A stretch of DNA of 64,000 nucleotides from Candidatus Fimenecus excrementavium (GCA_018712805.1 DVGI01000020.1:51725-115724), one strand, 5' to 3'. Shown: positions 47,362 through 57,904, counted from the stretch's first letter. Numbers and translations are program-made. Notes: generated from the letters alone by a model not told the origin.

Positions 47362-47859
47362 ATGGCCGAAACCTTAGCCCAGACGCTGGTGGAGTTGTTT
47401 CAAGACAAAATCCCCGCGGAACTCACCGTTTTCATCATTTCCCTTTTGCCGATTTTGGAACTGCGCGGCGGTATGATTGCCGCAAGGCTTTTGGAAATGG
47501 ACTTTCTCAGAGCCTTTATCATTTCCTATATCGGGAACATGGTTCCGATTCCGTTTATCATTTTGTTTATCAAAAAGATTTTCGAGTTTCTCCGGCGGTT
47601 TAAATTCTTTGAAAAGATTATCACGAAGCTCGAAGCGAAAACCGAGCGCAACAAAGATAAGGTCTTGCGCTATAAATCCTGGGGACTTTTGATTTTCGTC
47701 GCGATTCCGCTGCCGGGAACGGGCGGCTGGACCGGCGCGCTGATGGCGGCGCTTTTGGGCATTCCGTTTAAGCGGGCTTTGCCGATTATCGGCATGGGTG
47801 TTTTCGTGGCGGGGCTTATTATGTCCTTTGTAACCTACGGGATTTTCTCGATGGGATAA
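47362..47859 (+). CDS. Putative small multidrug-export-family membrane protein (COG2426-like)
   Basis: 165 aa from MAETLAQTLVELF...; LPILELRGGMIAA motif; AGGAGG SD. Confidence 0.7.
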   Translation: MAETLAQTLVELFQDKIPAELTVFIISLLPILELRGGMIAARLLEMDFLRAFIISYIGNMVPIPFIILFIKKIFEFLRRFKFFEKIITKLEAKTERNKDKVLRYKSWGLLIFVAIPLPGTGGWTGALMAALLGIPFKRALPIIGMGVFVAGLIMSFVTYGIFSMG

Positions 47860-47878
47860 AGCAAAAACAAAGTTTTCC

Positions 47879-47915
47879 GGCGTATCAAGCCTTTTGCTTG
47901 CATACGCCTTTTTTT
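47879..47915 (+). terminator. Rho-independent terminator
   Basis: GGCGTATCAAGC-4 nt-GCTTGCATACGCC followed by T7. Confidence 0.75.
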
Positions 47916-47931
47916 AAATCTGATTTTTGAG

Positions 47932-48138
47932 GTGAAAGCTATGGACGTGCGCGTCGGCGACACGCTGGTGATGAAAAAAGAACACCCTTGTAAGAACCGC
48001 GAATTTTTGGTTTTGCGCGTCGGCATGGATTTTCGCCTGCGCTGTACGAAATGCGGGCATGAATTTATGGCGCCGCGTGTAAAAATCGAGAAAAACATTA
48101 AAAAAATTGTGCGGCAGGACGGCGAAAACGATGATTGA
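47932..48138 (+). CDS. DUF951-family small protein
   Basis: 68 aa; [38 protein letters not shown]. Overlaps the prfA start by 8 nt. Confidence 0.7.
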   Translation: MKAMDVRVGDTLVMKKEHPCKNREFLVLRVGMDFRLRCTKCGHEFMAPRVKIEKNIKKIVRQDGENDD

Positions 48139-49219
48139 AAAATTAGAGGGCATTTGCGAACGGCTCGACGAAATCAACCGGCAGCTTTGTCTCCCCGAAG
48201 TCGTCGCCGACCAGAAGTTATATGCCAATTTGATGCGCGAAGCGAAACACTTAACGCCGGTGGCGGAGAAATTCCGCGCCTATAAACGCGTGCAGGCGCA
48301 AAACGAAGAAGCGCGCGCCCTTTTGGAAGAAAGCACAGACGACCGGGAACTGCGCGAGCTCGCGGAAGCGGAACTTGCGGAAACCGGCAAAACGCTGGAA
48401 GCTTTAAACGATGAATTGAAGCTGCTGCTTCTCGGGCGCGACGAAAACGACGACAAAAACGTCATTGTCGAAATCCGCGCGGGTGCGGGCGGCGAAGAAG
48501 CCGCGCTGTTTGCCGCTTCGCTGTTTCGGATGTATTCGATGTACGCCGAGCGCAAGGGCTTTAAAATCGAACTGCTCAACGAAAACGCGACGGAACTCGG
48601 CGGCTATAAGGAAATCAGCTTTATGGTCGAGGGCGAGGGCGCATATTCCCGTTTTAAATTTGAAAGCGGCGTCCACCGCGTCCAGCGCGTGCCGGAAACC
48701 GAAAGCCAGGGGCGCGTGCACACGTCGACGGCGACGGTCGCGGTTTTGCCGGAAGCCGAAGAGGTGGAATTTGAACTTAACCCCGCCGATTTGCAAATTG
48801 ATGTGTTCCGCTCGAGCGGCGCGGGCGGGCAAAAGGTTAACAAAACCTCGTCGGCAATCCGCATTACCCACCTGCCGACCGGCATGGTGGTGGAATGTCA
48901 GGACGAGCGCAGTCAGCACAAAAACAAAGACAAGGCATTGAAAGTTTTGCGCTCCCGCCTTTTTGAAATCGAACAGGCGAAGCAAAACGCCCAAATTGCC
49001 GGCGAACGCCGCAGCCAGGTGGGCACAGGCGACCGCAGCGAGCGCATTCGCACCTATAACTACCCGCAAGGGCGCGTTTCCGACCACCGAATCGGTCTGA
49101 CGCTTTACAAAATCGAGCAGATTTTAAACGGCGATTTAGACGAAATCATTGACGCGCTGATTACCGCGGACAATGCCGAAAAGCTCAAAGCTTCGGCGGA
49201 CGCGGCGGCGGAAGGGTAA
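48131..49219 (+). CDS. prfA: Peptide chain release factor 1
   Basis: 362 aa from [15 protein letters not shown]...; codon-recognition [17 protein letters not shown]; GGQ loop [23 protein letters not shown]. Confidence 0.95.
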   Translation: MIEKLEGICERLDEINRQLCLPEVVADQKLYANLMREAKHLTPVAEKFRAYKRVQAQNEEARALLEESTDDRELRELAEAELAETGKTLEALNDELKLLLLGRDENDDKNVIVEIRAGAGGEEAALFAASLFRMYSMYAERKGFKIELLNENATELGGYKEISFMVEGEGAYSRFKFESGVHRVQRVPETESQGRVHTSTATVAVLPEAEEVEFELNPADLQIDVFRSSGAGGQKVNKTSSAIRITHLPTGMVVECQDERSQHKNKDKALKVLRSRLFEIEQAKQNAQIAGERRSQVGTGDRSERIRTYNYPQGRVSDHRIGLTLYKIEQILNGDLDEIIDALITADNAEKLKASADAAAEG

Positions 49220-49242
49220 AAGCAAAAGAAAATTTTTGAAAA

Positions 49243-49275
49243 CCGTTCGGTTTTTTGCCGGACGGTTATTTTTTT
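49243..49275 (+). terminator. Rho-independent terminator after prfA
   Basis: CCGTTCGG-7 nt-CCGGACGG (one G-T pair) followed by TTATTTTTTT. Confidence 0.6.
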
Positions 49276-49323
49276 GTATAGGCGTTCGGTTTTTCGGGAA
49301 CACTTTTTCTGGGAGGTGTTTCC

Positions 49324-50079
49324 ATGAACCATTCCGAGGAAACCAAAAAGAAATTTAAATTCCGCGCCGGTGCGGTGTATGCGGTTCTGGCGCTTTGTGT
49401 GGCGGGCGTCGGCATTGCCACCTGGTATTCCACCAGCGCAAAACTTTTGCCGGACGCGCAGAGTGAAACAACAACCGAGGGCATTACCGCGAAAATTGCC
49501 GCGGACGAATTGACGACTGTCCCCGACCCGGTCACTCCGACTTCGCCGGACTTATCCGAAGACGCGACACCTGAAAATAACGGGGACGCAGAAAATGTGA
49601 CCGAAGAGGGCGGCGTTGCCGTGCTCGCTTCGAAAGACAGCGTGGCGCGCGCCGAAACCTTTTCTTTGCCGCTCGAAGCCGGCATCGCCAAAGCCTATTC
49701 CAACGGGGAAATGGTGCAGTCGAAAACCATGGGCGACTGGCGCGTCCACAACGGCGTGGACTTTAAAGGCACGGTCGGCGACGCGGTGAAAGCCATCAAC
49801 AACGGCGTGGTTAAGGCGGTTTATGACGATGTGCTTTGGGGCACCGTCGTTGAAATCGACCACGGGCAGGGCATGATTGCAAAATACTGCGGACTCGGCA
49901 AAGGCAGCACGCCCGAAGTCGGCGAAAAGGTCAAAATCAACGACCGCGTGGGCAATCTCGGCACAATTCCGATCGAAAGCGCCGACGACGTGCATTTGCA
50001 TTTGGAAATTTTACAAGACGGCAAAGCCGTCGAGCCCCTTGCCGCCATGGGTAAAGACCAAAACGGCGAACAGAAATAA
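49324..50079 (+). CDS. Membrane-anchored M23/LytM-family peptidase (SpoIIQ-like role possible but unproven)
   Basis: 251 aa; TM AVYAVLALCVAGVGIATWY; LytM motifs HNGVDFKG...HLHLEI. Confidence 0.8.
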   Translation: MNHSEETKKKFKFRAGAVYAVLALCVAGVGIATWYSTSAKLLPDAQSETTTEGITAKIAADELTTVPDPVTPTSPDLSEDATPENNGDAENVTEEGGVAVLASKDSVARAETFSLPLEAGIAKAYSNGEMVQSKTMGDWRVHNGVDFKGTVGDAVKAINNGVVKAVYDDVLWGTVVEIDHGQGMIAKYCGLGKGSTPEVGEKVKINDRVGNLGTIPIESADDVHLHLEILQDGKAVEPLAAMGKDQNGEQK

Positions 50080-50100
50080 AATTTTGCTTAAAAAATATAA

Positions 50101-50132
50101 AGCGCACTGCTTTTGCGGTGCGCTGTTTTTTT
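50101..50132 (+). terminator. Rho-independent terminator
   Basis: AGCGCAC-10 nt-GTGCGCT followed by GTTTTTTT. Confidence 0.8.
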
Positions 50133-50247
50133 ATTTAAGTTTGCGTTTGAAATATTTTCTTTCTTTTCATTTTTCCGTATAAATACCGGTTCTCGACAGA
50201 CAATAACAAGGAACTATTCATTAAAATTATAAAGGAGAAATTCAGAT

Positions 50248-50787
50248 ATGAAAGCAACCGGTATTGTCAGACGCATTGACGACCTGGGAAGAGTGGTTAT
50301 TCCGAAAGAAATTCGGCGGACAATGCGCATTCGCGAAGGCGACCCGTTAGAAATTTTTACCGCGCCGAACGGCGAGGTCATTTTTAAGAAATATTCCCCG
50401 ATAGGCGAGCTGTCGGAAACCGCGCACCAATACGCCGAGGTGCTCCACCGCGCCACCGACCTGCCGGTCATTATGACCGACCGCGACCACGTGATTGCCG
50501 TATCCGGCGCGCCGCGCCGCGAACTTGTGGACCGCCGCGTTTCGGAGGCGCTCGAATCGCTGATGACCGAACGGCGCAACTACACCGCTTCGCCCGACCG
50601 TCCGCCGCTGCACCCGGTCACGGGCTATGAGTGCGAGGCCGCCGTGGCGTTCCCGATTATCGGGGGCGGCGATGTTTCGGGCGCGGTCGTATTGATTTTG
50701 CGCGACGACGGGTCGATGCCGTCGCCGGAAGAAATCAAACTCACGCAGGTCGCCGCGTCGTTTTTAGGCAAGCAAATGGAAGACTGA
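50248..50787 (+). CDS. spoVT: Stage V sporulation regulator SpoVT (AbrB-type N-terminus plus GAF-like C-terminus)
   Basis: 179 aa; MKATGIVRRIDDLGRVVIPKEIRRTMRIREGDPLEIF. Confidence 0.9.
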   Translation: MKATGIVRRIDDLGRVVIPKEIRRTMRIREGDPLEIFTAPNGEVIFKKYSPIGELSETAHQYAEVLHRATDLPVIMTDRDHVIAVSGAPRRELVDRRVSEALESLMTERRNYTASPDRPPLHPVTGYECEAAVAFPIIGGGDVSGAVVLILRDDGSMPSPEEIKLTQVAASFLGKQMED

Positions 50788-50794
50788 TAAAAAA

Positions 50795-50834
50795 GAAACC
50801 GGAGGTCGTAAGACGTCCGGTTTCTTTATTTTTC
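50795..50834. terminator. Bidirectional rho-independent terminator between spoVT and nfo
   Basis: GAAACCGGA-12 nt-TCCGGTTTC, flanked by an A-run and TTTATTTTT. Confidence 0.8.
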
Positions 50835-50840
50835 TCTTTT

Positions 50841-51695
50841 TTATTTCTTTCCCGCTTCGTTTACGGCGGCGCGCAGCATGCGGATTTCCGCCGCGTGACC
50901 GGCGGTGTCGGTCGGCGTTTCCAAAACGAACGGAAGCGACGAAAGCGCCGGGTGGCAAAGGAAGGCGACAAGCGCTTTTTTGCCGATGTGCCCTTCGCCT
51001 ATCAGCGCGTGGCGGTCTTTGTGGCTGCCGAGCGGGTTTAGGCTGTCGTTTAAGTGCACCGCGCAAAGTTTTGAAAGCCCAATTTCGCGGTCAAATTCAT
51101 TCAATACACCGTCTAAATTTTCGGCGATATCATAGCCACCGTCCCAAACGTGGCAGGTGTCGAGGCACACGCCGACTTTTTCGCTGTATTTTATCTGCGC
51201 CAAAATTTCGCCGAGTTCCGAAAATGTGCGCCCGACCTCGCTGCCTTTTCCCGCCATCGTTTCCAAAAGCACGGTGGTTTTGGTTTCGGGGGTCAAAACC
51301 GCGTTCAACATATCGGCAATTTGCGCCGCGGCGGTTTTTAAGGGCGTTTGCAGGCGCGAACCGGGGTGGAAATTATAGAAATTGCCGGGGATATATTCCA
51401 TGCGCCGCATGTCGTCTGCAAACATTTCCCGGGCAAATTGACGCGTGCTTTCATTCGGCGAGCAAGGGTTCATGGTATAGGGCGCGTGGGCGACCGCCGG
51501 CGCGAAGTTGTTTTCTTTTAAAAATGCCGAAAACGCGCGCATATCCGCTTCGTCTAAAGGTTTCGCTTTGCCGCCGCGCGGGTTGCGCAGAAAAAACGAC
51601 ATGGTTTGCATATCGGCTTCTTTCGCTTCTTTTCCCATGTGGAGAAACCCTTTGGCGCTGGAAAGAAACGCGCCGAGATTTATGGTTTGTGTCAT
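50841..51695 (-). CDS. nfo: Deoxyribonuclease IV (endonuclease IV)
   Basis: 284 aa; AHAPYTMNPCS, NFHPGS, LETMAGKGSEVG, CLDTCHVWDGGYD, VHLNDS. Confidence 0.9.
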   Translation of the reverse strand: MTQTINLGAFLSSAKGFLHMGKEAKEADMQTMSFFLRNPRGGKAKPLDEADMRAFSAFLKENNFAPAVAHAPYTMNPCSPNESTRQFAREMFADDMRRMEYIPGNFYNFHPGSRLQTPLKTAAAQIADMLNAVLTPETKTTVLLETMAGKGSEVGRTFSELGEILAQIKYSEKVGVCLDTCHVWDGGYDIAENLDGVLNEFDREIGLSKLCAVHLNDSLNPLGSHKDRHALIGEGHIGKKALVAFLCHPALSSLPFVLETPTDTAGHAAEIRMLRAAVNEAGKK

Positions 51696-52618
51696 TTTGA
51701 AGTCTCCTTTTTTTCGTCATTTGCCGGCGCTTGCAGGCTTTCTTCGAGCAAATCCAAAAACCGATTGAGTTGCGGGTTTTTGGTCGAGGTCAGATATACC
51801 GCGCCGAACGAAAGCGGTTCGATTTCGGGCATCGGGATATAGCAAAGGTCGGGCGTTCTGTTGCTCGGGAACGCCGCCGCCACGGCAAAGGCATAGCCGG
51901 TTTCCACAAGCAAATTCAAAACCTCCTGGTTGTCGCAAAACAGGATCTTCCCGGATTCCCGACCGGTGACGACCCGGCTTTGCGCCGCGAACAGCGGGGG
52001 CGGACAAACCGGCGGGCGGCAGGCGGCGACGCGACCGGATTTTTGCAGTTTTTCCACCGAAAGGCTCTGGTAGCGCGCCAGCGGATATTCCGGGCTGCAC
52101 ACGCACATCACGGGGCAGCGCGTCAGCTCGCGGTAACGCGTTTTGGGGATTCCGGGGTTGCCGAACGAAAACAGCAGGTGAATGTCGCCGTCGTTTAAAA
52201 GGTTTGCCATAGAATCAAACGGAATCAGCTGTAAAACCGGCATGGTTTCCGGCTCGGCAACGCGAAGGGCGCGAAGCGCGGGCTTTAAAAGCCGCATTTC
52301 GGGCACGTTCCGGCAACCAATCACAAGCCGCTTGCCCGCCACGCGCTGTAAATCGTTCACGCGCGCTTTGGAAATACCGGAAAGCTTTAAAATTTCGCCC
52401 GCATAGCGCAAAAACAAATACCCCTCCTGCGTCAGCCGCACGCTTTTGCTTGTGCGGTGGAACAGTTTGACGCCGAGTTCGTCCTCGAGCGTATTGATTT
52501 GGTGGCTCACCGCCGGCTGAGAAAGGCGGAGCTGCTGCGCCGCCTTGGAAAAATTCAAATAGTTTGCAACCTCTACAAAGCATTCCAATTGTGTCGTATT
52601 CACCAAAAGACCTCCCAT
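51692..52618 (-). CDS. LysR-family transcriptional regulator
   Basis: 308 aa; HTH TQLECFVEVANYLNFSKAAQQLRLSQPAVSHQINTLEDELGVKLFHR. Confidence 0.9.
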   Translation of the reverse strand: MGGLLVNTTQLECFVEVANYLNFSKAAQQLRLSQPAVSHQINTLEDELGVKLFHRTSKSVRLTQEGYLFLRYAGEILKLSGISKARVNDLQRVAGKRLVIGCRNVPEMRLLKPALRALRVAEPETMPVLQLIPFDSMANLLNDGDIHLLFSFGNPGIPKTRYRELTRCPVMCVCSPEYPLARYQSLSVEKLQKSGRVAACRPPVCPPPLFAAQSRVVTGRESGKILFCDNQEVLNLLVETGYAFAVAAAFPSNRTPDLCYIPMPEIEPLSFGAVYLTSTKNPQLNRFLDLLEESLQAPANDEKKETSK

Positions 52619-52769
52619 AGAAAAAGGGTAGTTTGTTCAATTCATAAAAGCAATAAAAATCTTTTATAGATAATAACATATTTGTATTTCACTTGCAAGC
52701 CGCTTTATGGTATAAATAGTTCGTAGCAAAACAGTTTTATCACGAACAGACCGAAAAGAGGCGAAACCC

Positions 52770-53249
52770 ATGAAGCAAATTGACTGCGAACAACTGGTGC
52801 AGGACAACCGGCAAATCTGTCTTCGTATGGAGCGGCTGGCAAACCGCTTTATGGAGACCGAGGGCCTGACCGCCGTGCAGGGGCACTTGCTGTTGTATAT
52901 CCTGTCAAAAGGCGACAGCGGCACTTCGCTGACGGCGATTCACCGCGAGTTCGGCTATTCCAAGGCGACGCTTTCAAACATGCTCAAGCGTCTTCGGGAA
53001 AAAGGCTATGTGCGTGTGGCGAGCTGCGCGGGCGACGACCGCTTGAAGCTTTTGTTTGCCACCGAAAAAGGCGAACAGGTGCGCGCGTTTTTAGAAACAG
53101 CTATCCGCGATGTGCAGCAGCAGGTTTACGGCTGTTTTTCCGAACAGGAGCTGCGCACGCTTAACCGTCTGCAAAAGAAACTGCTTCAAAATCTCTGCGT
53201 CAGCGCAGAAAAAAATATCCGGAATCAAAAGGAGGAATCCGATTTATGA
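52770..53249 (+). CDS. MarR-family transcriptional regulator
   Basis: 159 aa; LTAVQGHLLLYILSKGDSGTSLTAIHREFGYSKATLSNMLKRLREKGYV. Confidence 0.9.
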   Translation: MKQIDCEQLVQDNRQICLRMERLANRFMETEGLTAVQGHLLLYILSKGDSGTSLTAIHREFGYSKATLSNMLKRLREKGYVRVASCAGDDRLKLLFATEKGEQVRAFLETAIRDVQQQVYGCFSEQELRTLNRLQKKLLQNLCVSAEKNIRNQKEESDL

Positions 53250-54985
53250 GAACTGTATTGCATCAGCTTGGCCGGTATAAAAAAGACACGGTCATCTGTG
53301 TTCTCATGACGACGCTGGAAGTCGTAATGGACATTTTGCTGCCGTTTATCACCGCGATTATCATTGACCGGGGTTTGAGCGCAGCGAATATGTCGGTCGT
53401 TTGGCGTTACGGCATTATTATGGTCGTCATGGCGTTTTTAGGTCTTGTGTTCGGCGCGGGCGCCGGTAAATATGCCGCGAGCGCTTCGTCGGGCTTTGCC
53501 GCGAATTTGCGCGAAGCCATTTACAGCAACATTCAAACCTTTTCTTTTTCCAACATAGACAAATTCAGCGTTCCGGGTCTTGTCACCCGAATGACCACCG
53601 ACGTCACCAACGTGCAGAACGCATTTATGATGCTGATCCGCATGGCCGTTCGTGCGCCGCTTACGCTCGTGTTCAGCTACATTATGTGCTTAATCATCAG
53701 CCCGCGCATGAGCCTGATGTTCTTAATCGCACTGGTTTTCCTGGTTGTGGTGCTCGGCGTGATTATGATTACCGCCATGAAAATCTTTAATGACGTTTTC
53801 CACAGATACGACGACTTGAACGCGAGTGTGCAGGAAAATGTTTCCGCAATTCGCGTGGTGAAGGCGTTTGTGCGTGAGGACTTTGAAGAGCAGAAATTTT
53901 CCAAGGCTTCCAAAACGCTTTACAAGCTGTTTGTGAAGGCGGAAAGCCTGCTTGCAATTAACAACCCCGCGATGATGCTCGCGATTTATTTCTGCATCAT
54001 GCTCGTTTCGTGGCTCGGCGCGCATTACATTGTCGCAGGCTCCATGACCACCGGCGAGCTGACCAGTTTGTTCAGCTATGTGCTCTCTTTGATGATGAGC
54101 TTAATGATGCTTTCCATGATTGTGGTTATGATCAGCATTTCCCTGGCGAGCATCCGCCGTATTGCCGAAGTGCTCCGCGAAACGCCGGACCTTGCCGACC
54201 CCGAAAATCCGGTGATGGAAGTCAAAGACGGCAGCATCGATTTTGACCACGTGCAGTTCGCCTATAAACACGGCAGCGGCAAAAACACGCTTTCCGACAT
54301 TGATTTGCACATTCATTCCGGCGAGACCATCGGCGTCATCGGCGGCACGGGCAGCGGCAAGAGCAGCCTTGTCAACCTGATTTGCCGGCTTTACGACGTG
54401 GACGAAGGCGCGGTGCGCGTCGGCGGCGTGGACGTTCGTAAATATGATATGGAAGTCTTACGTAACCAGGTTTCGGTGGTGCTTCAGAAAAACACCTTGT
54501 TCTCCGGCTCGATTTTAGACAACCTGCGTTGGGGCAACCCGCAGGCGACCGAAGAAGAATGTATGGAAGCTTGCAAATCGGCGTGTGCCGACGAGTTTAT
54601 CGACCGCATGCCGGACGGCTACCACACCCACATTGAACGCGGCGGCGCGAATGTTTCGGGCGGTCAGAAACAACGTCTTTGCATTGCGCGCGCGCTTTTG
54701 AAAAAACCGAAAGTTTTGATTTTGGACGACTCGACGAGCGCCGTGGACACCGCAACCGATGCGAAAATCCGCGAAGCGTTCCAAAAGAAGATTCCCGGCA
54801 CCACCAAGATTATCATTGCACAGCGTGTTTCGAGCGTGGAAAACGCCGACCGCATTTTGGTCTTGGACAACGGCCGGATTAACGGCTTTGACACCCACGA
54901 AAACCTGTTGAAGACCAACGCCATTTACAGCGAGATTTATGAATCGCAGGTCCAGGGCGGCGGCGACTTCGACCAGCCCGCGTAA
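53246..54985 (+). CDS. ABC exporter, fused permease/ATPase (heterodimer subunit A)
   Basis: 579 aa; Walker A GGTGSGKSS, signature VSGGQKQRLCIARAL, Walker B VLILDDSTSAVD. Its start overlaps the marR stop. Confidence 0.9.
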   Translation: MRTVLHQLGRYKKDTVICVLMTTLEVVMDILLPFITAIIIDRGLSAANMSVVWRYGIIMVVMAFLGLVFGAGAGKYAASASSGFAANLREAIYSNIQTFSFSNIDKFSVPGLVTRMTTDVTNVQNAFMMLIRMAVRAPLTLVFSYIMCLIISPRMSLMFLIALVFLVVVLGVIMITAMKIFNDVFHRYDDLNASVQENVSAIRVVKAFVREDFEEQKFSKASKTLYKLFVKAESLLAINNPAMMLAIYFCIMLVSWLGAHYIVAGSMTTGELTSLFSYVLSLMMSLMMLSMIVVMISISLASIRRIAEVLRETPDLADPENPVMEVKDGSIDFDHVQFAYKHGSGKNTLSDIDLHIHSGETIGVIGGTGSGKSSLVNLICRLYDVDEGAVRVGGVDVRKYDMEVLRNQVSVVLQKNTLFSGSILDNLRWGNPQATEEECMEACKSACADEFIDRMPDGYHTHIERGGANVSGGQKQRLCIARALLKKPKVLILDDSTSAVDTATDAKIREAFQKKIPGTTKIIIAQRVSSVENADRILVLDNGRINGFDTHENLLKTNAIYSEIYESQVQGGGDFDQPA

Positions 54986-54999
54986 AGGAGGTATTTGTT

Positions 55000-56886
55000 A
55001 TGCAAGAAAGACCGAGCAAAAAGAATTCTCTTGCGGTTTTAAAACGCGTTTTCCGCTATATGATGCATTACTACAAACTGCCTTTTACGATGGTGGTTTT
55101 GTGCATTTTGATTTCCGCGATTGCAAGCGTTATCGGCGCAACGTTCCCCCAGACGCTGGTCGATGATTACATTGTGCCGATGCTGCAAACCGGGTCCACG
55201 GATTTCAGCGGTCTCGGGCACGCAATGATTCGCTTAATTTGCATTTTGGCGGTCGGCGTTTTGGCGGCTTACGGCTACAACCGCATTATGGCGAACGTCA
55301 CCCAGGGCACCATGCATCACCTGCGCAATGACTTGTTCGGCAAAATGGAAAAGCTGCCGATTAAATATTTCGACACCCACGCGCACGGCGACATTATGTC
55401 GGTTTACACCAACGATATTGATACCCTGCGCCAGTTAATCAGCCAAAGCATTCCCCAGATTATCAACTCTACGATTTCGATGACCGCGACATTTATCACA
55501 ATGGTGATTTTGAACCCCGCGCTCACCATCATTTCGATTTTGACCGCGATTGTGATGCTGCTCGTCACGTCCGGCTTCTCGCGGCTTTCCGGAAAATATT
55601 ACGTCCGTCAGCAGCGCGACCTCGGCGCCGTGGACGGCTTCATTGAAGAAATGCTCGATGGGCAGAAGGTCGTCAAAGTGTTCTGCCACGAAGAAGCAGC
55701 AAAAGAAGATTTCCAAAAGGTCAACGACCGTCTGCGCGACAGCGCGAACAAGGCGAACCGTTACGCAAACCTGTTAATGCCGGTCAACGCGAACATCGGC
55801 TGGGTCAGCTACGCGGTGGTCACGATTGTCGGCGCGATTCTCGGCATCAACAACCTGGCGGGCGTTACGCTCGGCACGGTTATTACCTTTGTCGGTCTGA
55901 ACAAAAGCTTCACGCAGCCGATTACCCAGGTCAGCATGCAGATTAACTTCGTTGTTACGGCGGCGGCCGGCGCACAGCGTGTGTTCGATTTGATGGACCA
56001 GCAGCCCGAACAGGACCAGGGTTATGTCGAACTTGTCAACGCGAAGAAAGACGAAAACGGCAATTTGGTGGAAGTGCCCCAGCGCACAAATCTTTGGGCG
56101 TGGAAACACCCGCACCAGGCGGACGGCACTGTTACCTACACCCAAATGGAAGGCGGCGTGGTCTTTGACGACGTGGACTTCGGCTATGATGAAAACAAGC
56201 TGGTTCTCCACAACATCAGCCTTTGGGCAAAGCCGGGTCAGAAAATCGCATTTGTCGGCGCAACCGGCGCGGGCAAAACCACGATTACAAACCTGATTAA
56301 CCGCTTTTACGACATTGCGGACGGTAAAATCCGCTATGACGGGATTAACATCAATAAAATTAAAAAAGCCGATTTGCGCCACTCGTTAGGCATGGTGCTC
56401 CAGGAAACCCACCTGTTCACCGGCACGGTAATGGACAATATCCGTTACGGCAAGCTGGACGCAACCGACGAAGAATGCATCGCGGCGGCGAAACTCGCCA
56501 ACGCCGACAGCTTTATCCGCCGGCTACCCGACGGCTACAACACAATGCTCGGCGGCGACGGCGGGAACCTTTCTCAAGGTCAGCGCCAGCTTTTGGCGAT
56601 TGCCCGCGCGGCGGTTGCCGACCCGCCCGTATTGATTTTGGATGAAGCAACGTCTTCGATTGATACGCGTACGGAAAAACTCGTACAGGACGGCATGGAC
56701 GCGCTGATGAAAGGCCGCACGACATTTGTCATTGCGCACAGACTTTCGACCGTTCGCAACGCCGACTGCATTATGGTTCTTGAGCAGGGCCGCATCATTG
56801 AGCGCGGCACACACGACGAACTGATTGAAAAGAAAGGCAAATATTATCAGCTGTATACCGGCAATTTTGCCGACGCAACGGCGTAA
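55000..56886 (+). CDS. ABC exporter, fused permease/ATPase (heterodimer subunit B)
   Basis: 628 aa; Walker A GATGAGKTT, signature LSQGQRQLLAIARA, Walker B VLILDEATSSID. Confidence 0.9.
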   Translation: MQERPSKKNSLAVLKRVFRYMMHYYKLPFTMVVLCILISAIASVIGATFPQTLVDDYIVPMLQTGSTDFSGLGHAMIRLICILAVGVLAAYGYNRIMANVTQGTMHHLRNDLFGKMEKLPIKYFDTHAHGDIMSVYTNDIDTLRQLISQSIPQIINSTISMTATFITMVILNPALTIISILTAIVMLLVTSGFSRLSGKYYVRQQRDLGAVDGFIEEMLDGQKVVKVFCHEEAAKEDFQKVNDRLRDSANKANRYANLLMPVNANIGWVSYAVVTIVGAILGINNLAGVTLGTVITFVGLNKSFTQPITQVSMQINFVVTAAAGAQRVFDLMDQQPEQDQGYVELVNAKKDENGNLVEVPQRTNLWAWKHPHQADGTVTYTQMEGGVVFDDVDFGYDENKLVLHNISLWAKPGQKIAFVGATGAGKTTITNLINRFYDIADGKIRYDGININKIKKADLRHSLGMVLQETHLFTGTVMDNIRYGKLDATDEECIAAAKLANADSFIRRLPDGYNTMLGGDGGNLSQGQRQLLAIARAAVADPPVLILDEATSSIDTRTEKLVQDGMDALMKGRTTFVIAHRLSTVRNADCIMVLEQGRIIERGTHDELIEKKGKYYQLYTGNFADATA

Positions 56887-57000
56887 TTTTGCAAAACGTT
56901 TTGCTCGCAGGTTGCGAAGCTTTTGAAACATAAAATCCCCTGAAAACGGGCAAAACAAAGCCGAAAATACAAAATGCATTTTCGGGAACAGAAAACGAAC

Positions 57001-57032
57001 ACGCCCCGGCACAATGTGCCGAGGCGTTTTAT
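57001..57032. terminator. Rho-independent terminator shared by the convergent ABC and APH genes
   Basis: ACGCCcCGGCAC-3 nt-GTGCCGaGGCGT (one mismatch) followed by TTTTAT. Confidence 0.65.
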
Positions 57033-57046
57033 GATTTCTTTTTTAA

Positions 57047-57904
57047 TTAAAACAATTCGTCAAGCAAAATGTAATAGCGCAGTTTTTCCGGGTCTTTTTC
57101 TACGCCCAGTTTTTCAAACAGCGCGTCGGGTGAAAAGTCGCGGTTTTTTGCGCCGAATTTTCCACCGAAATTTTGCTTTAACGAGCGGTAACACAGGGCA
57201 ATATCCTGCCAACGATCCGCCACGCCGGCTTTGCCGAGGTCAATATAGCCGGTAATCTGCCCGTTTTCCGCAAACACATTCGGCAGGCAAAAATCCCCGT
57301 GGGTGAGACAAAGGTCCTCTTTCGGGCGGTTTTGCTCAAGCCAGCGTAACAGCGCCGCCGGATTTTCAAACCCGCCTTTGCCGAACGTGCCGGGTTCGGC
57401 GTCCTCGACATCCACCAAGCCGTTTTCCACATTTTTGCGCGCGGCGGAAAGCCGCTTGGAAAGCAGATTGTCACAAGGACAATTTTTTATATCGACCGCC
57501 CACAGATTTTTAAGCCCTTGCGCGAGCAAATCCAAAAGCCGCGCAGGGGTTTTCAAAAATTTTTCTTCCGCCAGCATTTCGCCTTTTGCGCGCGACATTA
57601 AAAGAAACGACCTGCCGCCCTGCACGGCGTATGCAAGTCTTTTCGGCACGGGAAGCCGCCCGGAAAGCCAGGCAAGCATTTGGCTTTCGTTTCGGCTTTC
57701 TTCGCTGTCTGCCTGTATTTTCAGCACCATGTCTGAAAACAACAGAACCTGCGAATCCGACTGCCCGCCGCTGTCCGCTGTGTAATTTCGTTCTTGTAAA
57801 ATCTCTTGAATCGGGGCGGGGAAATCCGCTTTTGTGTTATTTCCTGTTGTTTCCAAATTGTTCAAACCTTTCTTGCATATCGCCCGTTCTTCGTCACTAA
57901 ACAA
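57047..57904 (-). CDS. Aminoglycoside 3'-phosphotransferase-family kinase, APH(3')-like
   Basis: 285 aa. HGDFCLPNVF...GYIDLGKAGVADRWQDIALCYRSL...KLRYYILLDELF closely mirrors the APH(3')-III C-terminus as I remember it. The TTG start is uncertain. Confidence 0.8.
   Translation of the reverse strand: MFSDEERAICKKGLNNLETTGNNTKADFPAPIQEILQERNYTADSGGQSDSQVLLFSDMVLKIQADSEESRNESQMLAWLSGRLPVPKRLAYAVQGGRSFLLMSRAKGEMLAEEKFLKTPARLLDLLAQGLKNLWAVDIKNCPCDNLLSKRLSAARKNVENGLVDVEDAEPGTFGKGGFENPAALLRWLEQNRPKEDLCLTHGDFCLPNVFAENGQITGYIDLGKAGVADRWQDIALCYRSLKQNFGGKFGAKNRDFSPDALFEKLGVEKDPEKLRYYILLDELF

Noticed and set aside
49324-50079. Calling the M23 peptidase SpoIIQ because it neighbours spoVT.
   Set aside because: Only the generic LytM motifs and a membrane anchor are visible, and adjacency to spoVT is not diagnostic. 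I kept it as a family-level call.
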